A stretch of 32,000 bases of DNA from Opitutales bacterium (GTDB taxonomy: Bacteria > Verrucomicrobiota > Verrucomicrobiia > Opitutales > Coraliomargaritaceae): assembly GCA_049606355.1 (NCBI GenBank), contig JBMYVL010000004.1:60001-92000 (forward strand), read 5' to 3'. Made by a program: the position numbers and the translations under genes. Below the pieces are notes generated by a model that saw only the letters and a program-made list of their open reading frames with translations, was not told the origin of the DNA and searched no databases. Position 1 is the first letter of the stretch. Each line of letters opens with the position of its first letter. Shown piece by piece: positions 9,207-20,729 of the stretch.

Positions 9207-10220
9207 TTACATGTAGTAGCGGATGTAGGCCTTACTACGAAGCGTCTCGATCCAACGTTTTTGGGTTTCTCGGGCGATCTCGCCGACTAGGACCTCTTCA
9301 ATCGCTTCCCGTACTTGCGTAACGGGTTGGATCATCTCATCACGCTTGGCTTCACAGTACAGTATGAAAATGGTGCCATTGAGCTCGACCGGTTGGCTGT
9401 GTTGTCCTGGGCGTAATGCAAATGCGACGGAACTCAGCTCTTCGCGAAGATCGGAACGATTTACCCAACCCCAGTCTCCTCCACGGCGACCCATGCTATC
9501 CTGACTGTATTTACGAGCGAGGTCGCCGAAATTGGCGCCAGCCTCAAGTTCAGTGATGACTTGCATCGAGGTCTGGCGTAGCGGTGCAAGGCCTTCGTCC
9601 GCGAGTGGGGTTAAAATAATTTGCCGTAGATGCAGAGCCTCTTCCTGATAGAAGCGGATCTTGTTTTTGACGTAGAATTCCTCGATACGCTCAGGGCTGA
9701 TTTCCGACTGTGACTTGCGATTTTGTTGGCGCATCGCGTTCACTGCGACGCGGCGATAAATTTCCTTTCGGTATTCGCGCGGTGTCTCGCCGCGTTGTTT
9801 GAGGTATTGAAGAAATTTACTGCGATCACCGCCGAAATCACGAGCGATGGTTTCGTCATATTCTTGATCGATATACGATTCAGGGATCATCAAGCCCTTC
9901 TCTTCAGCAGCTTTGAGAATAATGATACGATCAATCATGTTTTGCAGCACATCACGGCTCAATTTGGAAACGAGCTGATTGAAATCCGCCTCGCTTTTAG
10001 CTTCCAGTCGAAGGCGGGGGATGATGGGCTCTAGCTCGCGGCGAAGTTCTTCTACCGTGATGATTTCACCCTCAGCGATGGCGGCAATGCCGTTACCGAG
10101 GCGCATTATTGAGCGGTCGGTCTGCGGTGTTTCGAGTTGAGCTTGCGCGAAGCTGCTCAGTGTCAGGCCGGTAATGCCAAAAATTAAAAGAAGAGTTTTA
10201 AGAGTACGTAGTAGCGTCAT
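9207..10220 (-). CDS. periplasmic SurA/PrsA-like parvulin-type peptidyl-prolyl isomerase
   Basis: N-terminal signal peptide ([18 protein letters not shown]) followed by a SurA-N-like helical region. C-terminal PpiC/parvulin block: LHLRQIIL...[19 protein letters not shown]...[17 protein letters not shown]. Its ATG overlaps the mfd stop (ATGA). Confidence 0.8.
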   Translation of the reverse strand: MTLLRTLKTLLLIFGITGLTLSSFAQAQLETPQTDRSIMRLGNGIAAIAEGEIITVEELRRELEPIIPRLRLEAKSEADFNQLVSKLSRDVLQNMIDRIIILKAAEEKGLMIPESYIDQEYDETIARDFGGDRSKFLQYLKQRGETPREYRKEIYRRVAVNAMRQQNRKSQSEISPERIEEFYVKNKIRFYQEEALHLRQIILTPLADEGLAPLRQTSMQVITELEAGANFGDLARKYSQDSMGRRGGDWGWVNRSDLREELSSVAFALRPGQHSQPVELNGTIFILYCEAKRDEMIQPVTQVREAIEEVLVGEIARETQKRWIETLRSKAYIRYYM

Positions 10221-13200
10221 GTGCGCGCGTGGCGTTGGAGGAACTTTTTTATTTCCGCCAACCTTAGAAGGGGATCTTTCGCGGTCAAGCGGGGAAAGCG
10301 GCTGCCGGTTTTGAGGAACTCACGACCGTTGCTGGTGTGGGCGAGACGGCAGACGAGACGCTCACGTTCACTTTCAACTCGGCGCACACCGGCTAATTCT
10401 GCCCGCACACGTATTTCGCTGAGGGCAATGAGAGCATCTACAGAGTCAGGCCGTTTGCCAAATCGATCCTCCAGTTCCTCGGCTATCGCTTGGATGCTTT
10501 CGCAATTGTCTGCCAGTGCAAGGCGGCGGTAGAGATCAATTCGCAAACGGGGTTCAGCAATATAAGTGCTCGGCAAGGCAGCCTCAATTAGACAGCTAGG
10601 AGACTGGTACTCGGCTGCTTTGATCGCAGCAAAGCTAGCCGTTCCGCTGGTGCGCCGCGAAGCGCTCCCTCCCTCACCGCTAGCGATGAAGTCCAGTTTT
10701 ACTTCAGCACGGATTCGATCAGCCCCTGGCTCTCCTTTGAGGCGTGCGACGCTTTGTTTGAGGAGTTGACAGTAAAGCTCGAAACCAACTCCAGCAATGT
10801 GGCCACTTTGCTGCGCGCCGAGGAGATTACCTGCGCCACGTAACTCCAAGTCGCGCATGGCAATGCGAAAGCCCGCACCGAGCTGATTGTGTTGTTTGAG
10901 GGCATTCAGGCGTTTCTGCGCTTGATCAACCAGTGCGGCGTGACGGTGCAGCAGCAAATAAGCATATGCCTGGCGCTTGAAACGACCGACTCGCCCGCGG
11001 ATTTGATATAGTTGCGCGAGTCCAAAGCGATCCGCCCCCTCAATAATCAATGTATTACAGTTTGGGATATCGATGCCCGACTCGATAATTGTGGTACAGA
11101 CGAGGACATCGAATTTTCCGGCAACAAATTGTGTCATCACTTTCTCGAGTTGCCGCTCCTCCATCTGACCATGCCCGATGCCTACGTTCAGCGAAGGGTG
11201 CATCTCACGTATTTGTTGGGCGACTCCTTCGATGCTAGCCACCCGGTTGTGCAGGTAAAAAACTTGGCCGCCGCGATCGGTTTCCGCTTGGATGGCGCTT
11301 TTCACCAAGGCCGGGTCATAACTTTTGACAATCGTTTCGATTGGGCGTCGATCCATTGGAGGCGTTTCGATCACACTCATGGAACGTGCACCGGCCATTG
11401 CCAGATACAGGGTGCGCGGGATCGGTGTGGCGCTGAGGGTCAGTATGTCGACCTCTGCGCGGAGTTGTTTGAGGGCATCTTTTTGCTTCACGCCGAAACG
11501 TTGCTCTTCGTCCACGACAAGGAGCCCCAGTCGATCGAAGTGCACATCATTACTGAGCAGTCGATGGGTGCCGATCACGATATCAATTTTACCTTCGGCC
11601 ACCTGCGCTAGGATTTCACGATTTTGAGCAGCTGTGCGGAAGCGACTGACTTGGTCGATGATGACCGGGTACTGCGCCATACGCTCGCGAAAGGTGTTGT
11701 AGTGCTGTTGGCACAGCACCGTGGTTGGAACGAGTACCGCCACTTGTTTCCCTGCGAGTACCGCTTTGAGGGCTGCGCGTATCGCAACTTCGGTTTTGCC
11801 GAAGCCGACATCGCCGCAGATCAGTCGATCCATCGGAGCGGCTTGCTCCATGTCCCGCTTGGTGTCTTCGATCGCGCACAATTGATCCGGGGTTTCGGCA
11901 AAGGGGAAGGCGTTTTCAAATTCGCGCTGCCAGTGTGTGTCTGGGGGAAAGGCATAGCCGTCCGCCTGATCGCGGCGCGCGTGTAGATGAAGTAATTCAG
12001 CGGCATAGTCGAGGGTCGCGATTTCTGCGGCGCGACGGGTCTTGTCCCATACCGCGCCACCGACTTTGCCCAGCTTAGGGGCGGATTTAGTTAAGCCGAC
12101 ATAACGAGTGAGCAAGTGAGACTCGTGCAGGGGTACGTGCAGCGTCATCTCTGCGGCAAATTCAACCGAAATGACCTCTTTGCTGCCGCCTTGGATCTCC
12201 AGTTTGGTAAGGCCGCGAAAAAGGCAGATGCCGTGTTGCAGGTGTACCAGGGGGTCGCCATCGGCGAGTTCAGTGAAGTCGAGCATCTGGTCAACCTGTG
12301 AAATGGTTGGCTTGGCTCGTTCGCGCCGCGGTGCAAGTCTACGCTGTTGCTGCCCAAAAAATTCATGTGCTGTGATTAAGGCCATGCCCTGTGGGGACGT
12401 ATTGGGTAAGAGGGCTTGCCAGTCTTTGCTTGTGCGGGGTCTTCGGTCAATGAAGCCAGCCTTTAAACTGCCGCTCAAGAACTGCGGCTTCAGTTCGGCG
12501 GTCAGTGGATTTTCTGCGAGGCGTGCGCGGATTTGTTCGGCTTGCTGTGGGTCGTCGCAAGTAAAACAAAGGCTCAACTGCTCAATTTTTACCCAATCGG
12601 CGAGTTGTGCTTCAAATTGATGCTGCGTGCTTTGCTCCGATTCATAACGGTGATGTCCAACTTGAACGCCATCTGTATGTAATCGGTAATGAGCGGTCGC
12701 TTCAGTCGCGACCTCAAGACGTGGTGCTGACCTAAAAAATTCCGGATCGGTATCAAGTTCACACAAGGCGATGCAGTTATCGCCGATCGGATCACGTTGT
12801 GCGAACAGTTGATCGATGGTTCGCAGTGACTGTGAGGGTGCGATATTTTTTTCAAAGCGATACGCATGATCTCGAACTAACTGCACTGGTTCCTCTAGTA
12901 CCCAAGTCATCGGTGCGCTGGGTAAGTAGTCGATCAACCCGGCGTCTGGTTGCATTTCATTCGTACGAACCGCAGCACAGAGAGACAGTTGTTGAATCGA
13001 TCGAATGGAGCGTTGCGTTGTCGGATCGTAACAGCGGATGCTTTCAATTTCATCACCAAAGAAATCCAGTCGATAGGGCTGGCTGGCATCATAGGGATAA
13101 ATGTCGAGTAGGCCGCCGCGTATGGCTAACTGACCTGGGAATTCGCAAAGCGCTTCCGCATCATAATCGAATTCTTGAGTCAGTCGTTCAATTAATAGTT

Positions 13201-13624
13201 TAAAGGATGTGTGTGTGCCGACGTTTAGCTCAATTTGCTGCGCAGCGAAATTTTTTCGTGAAGGGCAGGGACCGAGAAGCGCTTCGGGGGTGGTAATCAG
13301 GAGCCGTGGCTTAGTCGTCTCACCAAGTAGCGCACTGAGGACCGCAAGGCGGTCACAATTTCGATCGGCGCGCCGATTGCTATCAATGTCGGGTGGGGGT
13401 TCTTCTGGGAAGTTGAAAACATCCATGCCAGTTTTGGGCAGGATCCACTGACTGAAGGTTGCACACTCTGCGGCGAGTGTTTCCGCCCGACGCGCGTTGG
13501 CTACCAGTGCGATGCTGATTGCCGTACTCTGGCTACAGATACGCGTGAGTCGTGCTGCCCGCGCTTCCTCGCAGCATCCATGTAGTAATTGTCGCTGCGT
13601 TCCCTCTGCTACCGGAAGGGTCAT
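10217..13624 (-). CDS. mfd: transcription-repair coupling factor
   Basis: 1135 aa. Walker [20 protein letters not shown] box, [12 protein letters not shown] and a superfamily-2 helicase C-terminal region. Its ATG overlaps the rnc stop (ATGA). Confidence 0.95.
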   Translation of the reverse strand: MTLPVAEGTQRQLLHGCCEEARAARLTRICSQSTAISIALVANARRAETLAAECATFSQWILPKTGMDVFNFPEEPPPDIDSNRRADRNCDRLAVLSALLGETTKPRLLITTPEALLGPCPSRKNFAAQQIELNVGTHTSFKLLIERLTQEFDYDAEALCEFPGQLAIRGGLLDIYPYDASQPYRLDFFGDEIESIRCYDPTTQRSIRSIQQLSLCAAVRTNEMQPDAGLIDYLPSAPMTWVLEEPVQLVRDHAYRFEKNIAPSQSLRTIDQLFAQRDPIGDNCIALCELDTDPEFFRSAPRLEVATEATAHYRLHTDGVQVGHHRYESEQSTQHQFEAQLADWVKIEQLSLCFTCDDPQQAEQIRARLAENPLTAELKPQFLSGSLKAGFIDRRPRTSKDWQALLPNTSPQGMALITAHEFFGQQQRRLAPRRERAKPTISQVDQMLDFTELADGDPLVHLQHGICLFRGLTKLEIQGGSKEVISVEFAAEMTLHVPLHESHLLTRYVGLTKSAPKLGKVGGAVWDKTRRAAEIATLDYAAELLHLHARRDQADGYAFPPDTHWQREFENAFPFAETPDQLCAIEDTKRDMEQAAPMDRLICGDVGFGKTEVAIRAALKAVLAGKQVAVLVPTTVLCQQHYNTFRERMAQYPVIIDQVSRFRTAAQNREILAQVAEGKIDIVIGTHRLLSNDVHFDRLGLLVVDEEQRFGVKQKDALKQLRAEVDILTLSATPIPRTLYLAMAGARSMSVIETPPMDRRPIETIVKSYDPALVKSAIQAETDRGGQVFYLHNRVASIEGVAQQIREMHPSLNVGIGHGQMEERQLEKVMTQFVAGKFDVLVCTTIIESGIDIPNCNTLIIEGADRFGLAQLYQIRGRVGRFKRQAYAYLLLHRHAALVDQAQKRLNALKQHNQLGAGFRIAMRDLELRGAGNLLGAQQSGHIAGVGFELYCQLLKQSVARLKGEPGADRIRAEVKLDFIASGEGGSASRRTSGTASFAAIKAAEYQSPSCLIEAALPSTYIAEPRLRIDLYRRLALADNCESIQAIAEELEDRFGKRPDSVDALIALSEIRVRAELAGVRRVESERERLVCRLAHTSNGREFLKTGSRFPRLTAKDPLLRLAEIKKFLQRHART

Positions 13625-14304
13625 TCGGCCGTTAGCATTTGGAGCGCAGCTTCGGCTGCCGCGATTTCAGCAGCTTTTAATGAACTGCCGCGGCCCTCGC
13701 CGAGGACTTGCCCGCTTAGTTCTACTGCCACCACATAGGTGCGCGCATGGTCGGGACCGTCAACGGAGCGTAGGATATAGTCAGGGGTCGCGCCAGCATT
13801 GTGTTTTTGGGTCCACTCTTGCAGACGACTTTTAGGTGTGCCGGCACTTGCGGCGTGCATGTCTTGGGACAGCTGTTCGCCGAAAAGTTTTGCAATTGTG
13901 TGCTGGGCAGCCGCGAGGCCCCCATCCAGATAAATGGCACCAATGACTGCCTCAAGTGCATCTTCCAGCATACTTTGACTGGGCTTAGCGTGGTGCATAC
14001 GTTGCGCATCGCTCACGAGCAAATACTGTTCGAGCTGCAGCTCGCCGGCTTTCGCTGCCAATACGGGTCCACTGACAATACCGGCCCGCATACGATCGAG
14101 TTTTCCTTCGTCGGCGTGTGGGAATTTTTGATACAGGGCTTCTGCGATGGTTAAGCCCAAAACCGCATCACCAAGAAATTCAAGTCGCTGGTTGTCCTCC
14201 ACGCCAAGATCGAGACTGGCGTGTCGAAGCGCCTGTTGCAGCAGAGTGGGGTCGCCAAAGTGATAGTCGATCCGACGCTCAAGGCTACTAAATGGTGTGG
14301 GCAT
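13621..14304 (-). CDS. rnc: ribonuclease III
   Basis: RNase III signature [13 protein letters not shown] and a C-terminal dsRNA-binding domain ([20 protein letters not shown]). 227 aa. Confidence 0.95.
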   Translation of the reverse strand: MPTPFSSLERRIDYHFGDPTLLQQALRHASLDLGVEDNQRLEFLGDAVLGLTIAEALYQKFPHADEGKLDRMRAGIVSGPVLAAKAGELQLEQYLLVSDAQRMHHAKPSQSMLEDALEAVIGAIYLDGGLAAAQHTIAKLFGEQLSQDMHAASAGTPKSRLQEWTQKHNAGATPDYILRSVDGPDHARTYVVAVELSGQVLGEGRGSSLKAAEIAAAEAALQMLTAE

Positions 14305-14432
14305 AATTAATTTATTCGTTGTGAGGCTTTCCGGCTTGCTCCTCAGGGCGGAGCTGACAATAAGGCTAAGCTACAGATAATACATCCGGTCGCAATACCG
14401 GGAAGACGTTAGCCGCTAGCAATTCTTTTCTC

Positions 14433-15980
14433 TTGCCGAAACAAAAAAAGAACTCGAACCAGGCCAAGATATTTGTCCTCGACACCAATGTCCTTCTCCA
14501 TGACCCGCAGTGTCTGTATAAGTTTGAGGAAAATACACTAGCGATACCAGTTGAAGTTCTTGAAGAGCTGGATCGTAAGAAGTCCGCACCGGGTGAGCTT
14601 GGTTATGCGGCACGAAGTGTGCACCGGGACTTACGCGACTTGTTTGATGCCGATGTGGTGGCAGTACCGATGGATCTGAGTGGGCGCTGTCGTTCCACTC
14701 TGGGTTGTGACTTGCCGAGTGGCGGGCAACTGATCGTCGCGATTAATGACTACATTATCGATGGAGACGCCGAAAGCGAAGGACTCGATCGTTTGATGGC
14801 GATATTACCGGATCTGGGTAAGATGGATAACCGTATCTTGGCTTCGGTGGTTTTTTTAAAGGAGTCCAATCCTGAGAAGCGGGTGATTCTCGTTACAAAG
14901 GATGCCAATATGGCCCTCAAGGGCATTGCACTGGGTATGGAAGTGCAGGACTACATGAACGACAAGGTGAGCGATGCTAAACTGGGGGGGAGCAAAACCG
15001 TTGCGGTTGATGATGCCGACTACGAGCGCTTTCTCGAAGAGCATGGGGTGGACTTAGCGCCTGAACAGACCAACCACCTATTCATCAACGAATACGTCTA
15101 TATCAGTAATGGAGAGTTTCGTGAGCCAGCGCGTTACCGTGGTGATGGCCAACTGGAAGGGCTTATTCTTGGGCAAAATGTGGGAATTAAGATACCCAAA
15201 GGTATTCGCCTCAACCCGTTGAATGAAGAGCAACGCATGCTTATGGACGCCTTGCTCGATGAGGATATCAAACTGATCACCTGCTGTGGTAAGGCAGGTA
15301 CAGGGAAGACGCTGGTCTCCATGGCAATGGCGCTTTACCAAACCTTAGGAGAGGATAATTTATATGAGCGCGTCTTCATCACCCGACCCTTGGTGCACAT
15401 TGGTAAAGATACGGGTGCGCTGCCCGGTACGTTAGAGGAAAAAATGGCGCCGTACATTGCTCCGTTTTATGATAACTTGGAGGTGCTCTTCAGTAACCGT
15501 AAATCGACGGAGCATTCCAAGCACGAGCAGGAGCAGGCGCAACTCGACAAAATTACATCCAACCGCAAGCGCAAGAAGGCGCTGGCGAAGCTCGCCAAGC
15601 AACCGGTGCAGACAGAGGACGAGGAAGAAGAGAATAAGCCGCGCAAACCGTACCAATTTCTTTTTGATTACGATCGTGTCGTCGTCGAGGCGATGACGTT
15701 TATCCGGGGTCGTTCATTAGCCAATACGATTTTCATTATTGATGAGGCCCAAAATTTGACACCGCATGAAGCGAAGACGGTGGTCAGTCGGATGGCGGAA
15801 GGTTCGAAAGTAATTTTGCTGGGCGACCCCGACCAGGTGGATAGCATGTTTCTCGATGCTGCGTCGAACGGTTTAGTACATACGGCGCAGCGCCTGCGAG
15901 GGACGGAAATCACCGCACACCTTGAACTTACCACTGGAGTACGTTCAGAGCTAGCTGATCTCGCCGCCGATTTATTATAG
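14433..15980 (+). CDS. PIN-domain / PhoH-like ATPase (PhoH2 / YlaK family)
   Basis: PIN motif [12 protein letters not shown] at the N-terminus, Walker A GKAGTGKT, Walker [10 protein letters not shown] and TFIRGRS. The only in-frame start upstream of the PIN motif is TTG 14433. A charged insertion lies at aa ~354-406. Confidence 0.88.
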   Translation: MPKQKKNSNQAKIFVLDTNVLLHDPQCLYKFEENTLAIPVEVLEELDRKKSAPGELGYAARSVHRDLRDLFDADVVAVPMDLSGRCRSTLGCDLPSGGQLIVAINDYIIDGDAESEGLDRLMAILPDLGKMDNRILASVVFLKESNPEKRVILVTKDANMALKGIALGMEVQDYMNDKVSDAKLGGSKTVAVDDADYERFLEEHGVDLAPEQTNHLFINEYVYISNGEFREPARYRGDGQLEGLILGQNVGIKIPKGIRLNPLNEEQRMLMDALLDEDIKLITCCGKAGTGKTLVSMAMALYQTLGEDNLYERVFITRPLVHIGKDTGALPGTLEEKMAPYIAPFYDNLEVLFSNRKSTEHSKHEQEQAQLDKITSNRKRKKALAKLAKQPVQTEDEEEENKPRKPYQFLFDYDRVVVEAMTFIRGRSLANTIFIIDEAQNLTPHEAKTVVSRMAEGSKVILLGDPDQVDSMFLDAASNGLVHTAQRLRGTEITAHLELTTGVRSELADLAADLL

Positions 15981-16048
15981 TAAGGCTTTGCGCTTGTGAT
16001 AACAGAAGGTGCAGTTTTCATCAGGGTCGATTTTGATACCGAATAGAA

Positions 16049-17299
16049 ATGCGCGTCTTGCTGACATCGCATGGCTCCACGGGTGATATTTATCCGGTGA
16101 TTCGATTGGGGCGTGCCTTACTGGAAGCCGGACACCATGTACGCTTTGCCTCGGTGGCGTTCTTCCGAGATGAAATCGAACGTGCGGGCTTAGAGTTCAT
16201 TTATCTGCCGCCGGATTGGGATCAGACAGGCTTTGCTGAAGCAATGCGTGATCTGACCAAAGCTAAGCATCCGATCGATCTGGTCCGTATTATTTATTCA
16301 GAGTCTTTACCATATCTGGACGAGATTCTCACTACCTTGGATCGCGAACTCGCTTCTGCGGATCTGTTTGTTAGCAGCTACCTGTTTGCCAGTCTGTGTG
16401 GCTTAGCGCGTTTACGCGGCGTGCCTTGTGCGGTAACGACCTTTGCTCACAATGCGGTGCCATCGGTGAGCCACCCACCCCATGGTGTCCCGCGGATGTG
16501 GGCGCTGCCTCCCACTCTGCGTGCAAAATGGAATGCATTGGCATGGCGACTGGCGGACCGAATCTTTTGTTGGCAAATTAATCGAGTGGTGGGCGAGGTG
16601 AGTGAGCGCTATGGCATGGGCCTGACCGAGAGTTTTTTTCTTAATCCCGCGGATAAGGTGATTGTAACTGTTTCACCCGCACTGTTTGAGCCAAAGCATG
16701 CGTGGCGCGATAATTTTGTTTATTCCGGCTATTTACGCTGGCAATCGGCAGAAGACTCTCAGTTGGATGCTGAGCTTATGGCCTTTTGTGAGGGTACAAA
16801 AGTTCCGATTTTAACGTTTGGTAGTGTGACGTTTGATGAAGCCCGCAAAGTGATGGCGCGTTTCATGCGAAATTGGCCGCGTGGTAAGAAAATTATTATT
16901 CAAGCCGGATGGGCAGGCCTTACCATCGAACGTCCGCGGGCAGAGATGAAATGTATCGGACGAGTCTCACATGACCAGCTCTTTAAACATGGATCGATGA
17001 TCATTCACCATGGTGGAGCGGGCACGACTGCCAGTGTCTTGCATGCAGGTATTCCCAGCATCATTATCCCGCATATCGGCGATCAGTGGTTTTTCGCACG
17101 CGAGGTTAAGCGCTTGGGGGTGGGTCTGGAAGTGAAACGTAAAAGATGGCCAGAGGAGTTGCCAAGAGCTGTACGCATACTTGAGAAAAGTCATGCCATC
17201 TCCGAACGGGCCCGTAAAGTGGCTGCCTTACTGGCTGCGGAGAATGGGCCCGCGCGAGCAGTGTATGAATTGGAGTGCTTGGTCGAGGCCGCTCGTTGA
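16049..17299 (+). CDS. GT1-family (MGT/UDP-glycosyltransferase-like) glycosyltransferase
   Basis: N-terminal MRVLLTSHGSTGDIYPVIRLGRAL and C-terminal nucleotide-sugar motif HHGGAGTT...IPHIGDQ. 416 aa. The acceptor cannot be inferred. Confidence 0.8.
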   Translation: MRVLLTSHGSTGDIYPVIRLGRALLEAGHHVRFASVAFFRDEIERAGLEFIYLPPDWDQTGFAEAMRDLTKAKHPIDLVRIIYSESLPYLDEILTTLDRELASADLFVSSYLFASLCGLARLRGVPCAVTTFAHNAVPSVSHPPHGVPRMWALPPTLRAKWNALAWRLADRIFCWQINRVVGEVSERYGMGLTESFFLNPADKVIVTVSPALFEPKHAWRDNFVYSGYLRWQSAEDSQLDAELMAFCEGTKVPILTFGSVTFDEARKVMARFMRNWPRGKKIIIQAGWAGLTIERPRAEMKCIGRVSHDQLFKHGSMIIHHGGAGTTASVLHAGIPSIIIPHIGDQWFFAREVKRLGVGLEVKRKRWPEELPRAVRILEKSHAISERARKVAALLAAENGPARAVYELECLVEAAR

Positions 17300-17304
17300 T
17301 TCAT

Positions 17305-17333
17305 CGGTCGGTGCAGTCGACCGTATTGTGTTG
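17305..17333 (+). terminator. candidate intrinsic terminator after the glycosyltransferase gene
   Basis: cggtcg-gtgcagt-cgaccg: a 6-bp stem with a 7-nt loop (17305-17323), followed by T-rich tattgtgttg. Sits 6 nt after the stop codon. Confidence 0.35.
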
Positions 17334-17382
17334 CGACCCTTGGGGTGATGGGCTAAACTCTACTGCAAAGGAGGTGAGATAA

Positions 17383-17793
17383 ATGCATCTAAAAGCAACA
17401 CGTGGTAAAGAAGTCGTGGTGCGCATTATAAATGATATCGGTGTACTTGCCGATCTAGCCAAAGTACTAGCTGATCGAGGAATTGACCTGAAGGCAATCA
17501 ATGCGTCCGTCCTTGGTGATCAAGCGACGATTCGTGTCGTTACCGATGACAATCTGCGTGCCGTGGATGTACTGGGTGAGCATGGTTACAATCCACAGGA
17601 ATCCAGTATGATCGTGTTAACGCTCTCGCATAAACCGGGAATGTTGCACCGTGTCAGTGAAGAACTCGCGCATGCGATGTTAGATATTCATCATATCTAT
17701 GCCAGCTCGGTTGAAGGTCAGGATGAATGTTGTGTCATTCTGCACACTGCAAACGACGATCGTGCCTTGGTTCGACTCAATCAAATGGAATAG
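17383..17793 (+). CDS. tandem ACT-domain protein (small-molecule-binding regulatory protein)
   Basis: 136 aa with two ACT-like repeats (VVVRIINDIGVLADLAKVLADRGIDL and IVLTLSHKPGMLHRVSEELAHAMLDI). Preceded by a full Shine-Dalgarno sequence, AAAGGAGGTGA (17367-17377). Confidence 0.7.
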   Translation: MHLKATRGKEVVVRIINDIGVLADLAKVLADRGIDLKAINASVLGDQATIRVVTDDNLRAVDVLGEHGYNPQESSMIVLTLSHKPGMLHRVSEELAHAMLDIHHIYASSVEGQDECCVILHTANDDRALVRLNQME

Positions 17794-17825
17794 CCAGTCA
17801 AGTGAATCGACGGGGTGTACCGCCA

Positions 17826-17849
17826 CCCGCGGAGCTACGGCTTCGCGGG
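17826..17849. terminator. strong GC-rich hairpin between convergent genes (possible bidirectional terminator, no U-tract)
   Basis: cccgcggagc-tacg-gcttcgcggg: a 10-bp stem (one G-U pair) with a tetraloop. Lies in the 88-bp gap between the ACT-protein stop (17793) and the adenosyltransferase stop (17882). Confidence 0.4.
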
Positions 17850-17881
17850 CCTAGTACTGCGCGTGCTGGCGGTCGTCGCAC

Positions 17882-18418
17882 TCAATCGTTTTTGATCTGA
17901 GCGTGTTCGACCCCCCAGAGCCACAGCAAATCTGCGAGACGATTGAGATACATGATAAGTTCTTGGCGAACTACTGCACCAGACTCTTGTAATGCGACAA
18001 GACCACGCTCGGCACGGCGACAGGTCGTGCGTGCGTGATCAAAAAACGCGTCGGCAATGGTATCTCCTGCCTGCGTCCATCCGTCAAAGCGTGTCTGTGT
18101 TTCCTTGTCTTGAATCCATGCGGTTAAGCGATCGATTTGTGCTTGGCGGATGAGTTTTTCGGAATACTTGCTCTGATAATCTTGCTGGTCAGCGTCATCG
18201 GTTGCGAGTTCGCCCATGAAGTGTATCAATTCGACTTGTATGTCACGTAAGTGTGCTCGGCTGCTTGCGTCGTTGCAATGTGCTCGGCAAAGTCCTAATG
18301 CCGAGCTCAATTCATCGACACGTCCATAGCTCACGACTCGAGGGTGTGCCTTCGATACGCGGCGGCCAAACAGTAGGGAGGTACTGCCGTTATCTCCAGT
18401 CTTGGTTGCGATACTCAT
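17882..18418 (-). CDS. PduO-type ATP:cob(I)alamin adenosyltransferase (MMAB-like)
   Basis: N-terminal signature TKTGDNGSTSLLFGRRVSKAHPRVVSYGRVDELSSALG. 178 aa. Lies downstream of mutB on the same strand. Confidence 0.85.
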   Translation of the reverse strand: MSIATKTGDNGSTSLLFGRRVSKAHPRVVSYGRVDELSSALGLCRAHCNDASSRAHLRDIQVELIHFMGELATDDADQQDYQSKYSEKLIRQAQIDRLTAWIQDKETQTRFDGWTQAGDTIADAFFDHARTTCRRAERGLVALQESGAVVRQELIMYLNRLADLLWLWGVEHAQIKND

Positions 18419-18518
18419 GGGGGTTTAAATCCTGATCCTTACGATACATCTGGCTACTAGGGTACTCGAGTTGTGTCGAACGTCATTACCTATGGTCGCA
18501 GCGTCTCGGAATGTAAAG

Positions 18519-20729
18519 TCACTCCGCGTTTAATTCTTCGAGCAGTAGATCGAGGATGGTTTTGGCCGATTCGGGAATCACTGTTCCTGGACCAAAGATT
18601 GCTTTGGCGCCATGCGCATATAGATAGTCGTAATCTTGTGCCGGGATGACGCCACCGCAGACAACCATGATGTCGTCGCGTCCAAACTGTTTGAGTGCCG
18701 CCACCAGTTCGGGTAGCAGCGTTTTGTGGCCAGCGGCTAAGGATGACATCGCTACAACATGACAGTCGTTTTCGACTGCTTGCCGGGCGGTTTCTTCGGG
18801 CGTTTGAAAAAGTGGCCCGATATCAACGTCATAGCCTAAATCGGCATAGCCGGTAGCGACGACTTTAGCGCCTCGGTCGTGCCCATCTTGACCCATTTTA
18901 GCGATCATGATTCGCGGGCGGCGGCCTTCGATCGCTTCAAATTGTTGGATGCGGTCAGTGACTGCGGCTGTTGCGGCGGTGCTGCCAAATTCTTTTGCAT
19001 AGATGCCGCTGATAGAGCGTATGTTTGCCTTGTAACGTCCGACGACTTTTTCGACTGCTAAGGATAGTTCACCAAGGGTTGCGCGTTTGGCAGCTGCCTC
19101 AACCGCAAGTGCCAGCAGATTACCCTCTCCGCTCGCAGTTGCCGCGGACAGGGCATCGAGTGCCGCATGTACCGCAGTCGTGTCACGCTGACTTTTGAGT
19201 GCGTTGAGTCGAGCGATTTGGGCATCACGCACAGCACTGTTATCAATATTAAGGATCTCAAGCGGATCTTCTTTTTTCAGTCGGTATTTATTCAGACCGA
19301 TGATGCTTTCCTTACCAGAGTCGATTCGCGCTTGGCGTCGTGCAGCAGCCTCCTCAATGCGCAGCTTTGGTATCCCTGCCTCAATAGCTTTAGTCATGCC
19401 GCCATAATCTTCGCACTCTTGGATGTGCGCCCAGGCCTTGTGCATGATTTCTTGAGTAAGTGTTTCGACATAGTAACTGCCACCCCATGGGTCGATGAGG
19501 CTGCACATACCTGTTTCTTCTTGAATGAACAGCTGTGTATTGCGGGCGATACGTGCCGAAAAATCTGTTGGTAAAGCGATCGCTTCATCTAAGGCATTTG
19601 TATGCAGTGATTGCGTGTGCCCGCAGGCTGCAGCCATTGCTTCAACTGTCGTGCGAGTAATGTTGTTGAATGGATCTTGCTCAGTGAGGGACCATCCAGA
19701 AGTCTGCGAGTGTGTTCGCAGCGCGAGTGATTTCGGATTTTTCGGATCAAATTGTTTGACGATTTTCGCCCACAGGCAGCGCGCGGCACGCATCTTGGCA
19801 ATTTCCATGAAGAAGTTCTTTCCAATCGCCCAGAAAAACGAAAGTCGTGGTGCAAAGGCATCAATTTGAAGTCCTGCGGCTCTACCGGTACGGAGGTATT
19901 CGAGACCATCGGCTAGGGTATAAGCAATCTCGAGATCTGCGGTCGCACCCGCCTCATGCATGTGGTAGCCCGATATAGAAATCGAATTGAATTTGGGCAT
20001 GTGTTGCGAGGTATAGGCAAAGATGTCACCAACAATTCGCATCGATGGTTCAGGCGGGTAAATGTAGGTATTACGCACCATGAACTCTTTGAGGATGTCG
20101 TTTTGAATCGTTCCGGCCAAATCGGCATGCGTGCATCCCTGTTCCAAGCCCGCTTGAATGTAGAAGGCCAGAATCGGCAAGACAGCACCATTCATCGTCA
20201 TGGAGACGGATACAGTGGACAGATCGATTTGATCGAAGAGAACTTTCATGTCTTCGATCGAATCGATTGCGACCCCCGCTTTGCCGACATCGCCGCGGAC
20301 GCGTGGATGGTCTGAATCATAGCCGCGATGCGTAGCGAGGTCGAATGCGACGGACAGACCTTGCTGGCCGGCCGCGATATTGCGGCGATAAAACGCATTG
20401 GAAGCTTCGGCAGTCGAGAAGCCCGCATACTGTCGCACTGTCCATGGACGCAAGGCGTACATGGTGGCATAGGGCCCGCGTAAGTAAGGTGCGATACCGG
20501 CCGTATAATCGAGATGCTCCATGGACTTGTAAGCGTCCTTTGTATAGAGCGGATCGAGATCAATTTGCTCCATCGTTGAGTGTATGAATTGATCCCTGGA
20601 TTGACCGGTTTCTGCTTTAAGCTGTTTCTCCCATTCGGCTTGATTCGCTGTAGGGCTGGGTAGCTTAAATGGGATCTTCGTGAAATCAGGCTGTTCGACG
20701 GATTGCATAATTAAGTTGGGTTTAATCAT
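18519..20729 (-). CDS. mutB: methylmalonyl-CoA mutase large (catalytic, B12-binding) subunit
   Basis: Near-collinear with Propionibacterium MutB as I remember it: [63 protein letters not shown]. The C-terminal B12 domain carries DxHxxG (GQDGHDRG). The ORF-track start at 20747 is TTG. ATG 20729 (8-nt overlap with the mutA stop) or ATG 20708 is more likely. Confidence 0.95.
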   Translation of the reverse strand: MIKPNLIMQSVEQPDFTKIPFKLPSPTANQAEWEKQLKAETGQSRDQFIHSTMEQIDLDPLYTKDAYKSMEHLDYTAGIAPYLRGPYATMYALRPWTVRQYAGFSTAEASNAFYRRNIAAGQQGLSVAFDLATHRGYDSDHPRVRGDVGKAGVAIDSIEDMKVLFDQIDLSTVSVSMTMNGAVLPILAFYIQAGLEQGCTHADLAGTIQNDILKEFMVRNTYIYPPEPSMRIVGDIFAYTSQHMPKFNSISISGYHMHEAGATADLEIAYTLADGLEYLRTGRAAGLQIDAFAPRLSFFWAIGKNFFMEIAKMRAARCLWAKIVKQFDPKNPKSLALRTHSQTSGWSLTEQDPFNNITRTTVEAMAAACGHTQSLHTNALDEAIALPTDFSARIARNTQLFIQEETGMCSLIDPWGGSYYVETLTQEIMHKAWAHIQECEDYGGMTKAIEAGIPKLRIEEAAARRQARIDSGKESIIGLNKYRLKKEDPLEILNIDNSAVRDAQIARLNALKSQRDTTAVHAALDALSAATASGEGNLLALAVEAAAKRATLGELSLAVEKVVGRYKANIRSISGIYAKEFGSTAATAAVTDRIQQFEAIEGRRPRIMIAKMGQDGHDRGAKVVATGYADLGYDVDIGPLFQTPEETARQAVENDCHVVAMSSLAAGHKTLLPELVAALKQFGRDDIMVVCGGVIPAQDYDYLYAHGAKAIFGPGTVIPESAKTILDLLLEELNAE

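Noticed and set aside
11012-11611. 199-aa plus-strand ORF, plus other 60-150-aa ORFs at 10221-13835
   Set aside because: These lie entirely antisense to or out of frame with the well-supported mfd gene. Their translations are Arg/Ser/Ala-rich and low in complexity, as expected for spurious ORFs opposite a coding strand. No recognisable motifs.
15668-16072. 134-aa minus-strand ORF spanning the PhoH2 3' end and the glycosyltransferase start
   Set aside because: It is antisense to the conserved PhoH2 C-terminal domain, and its sequence looks like non-coding translation.
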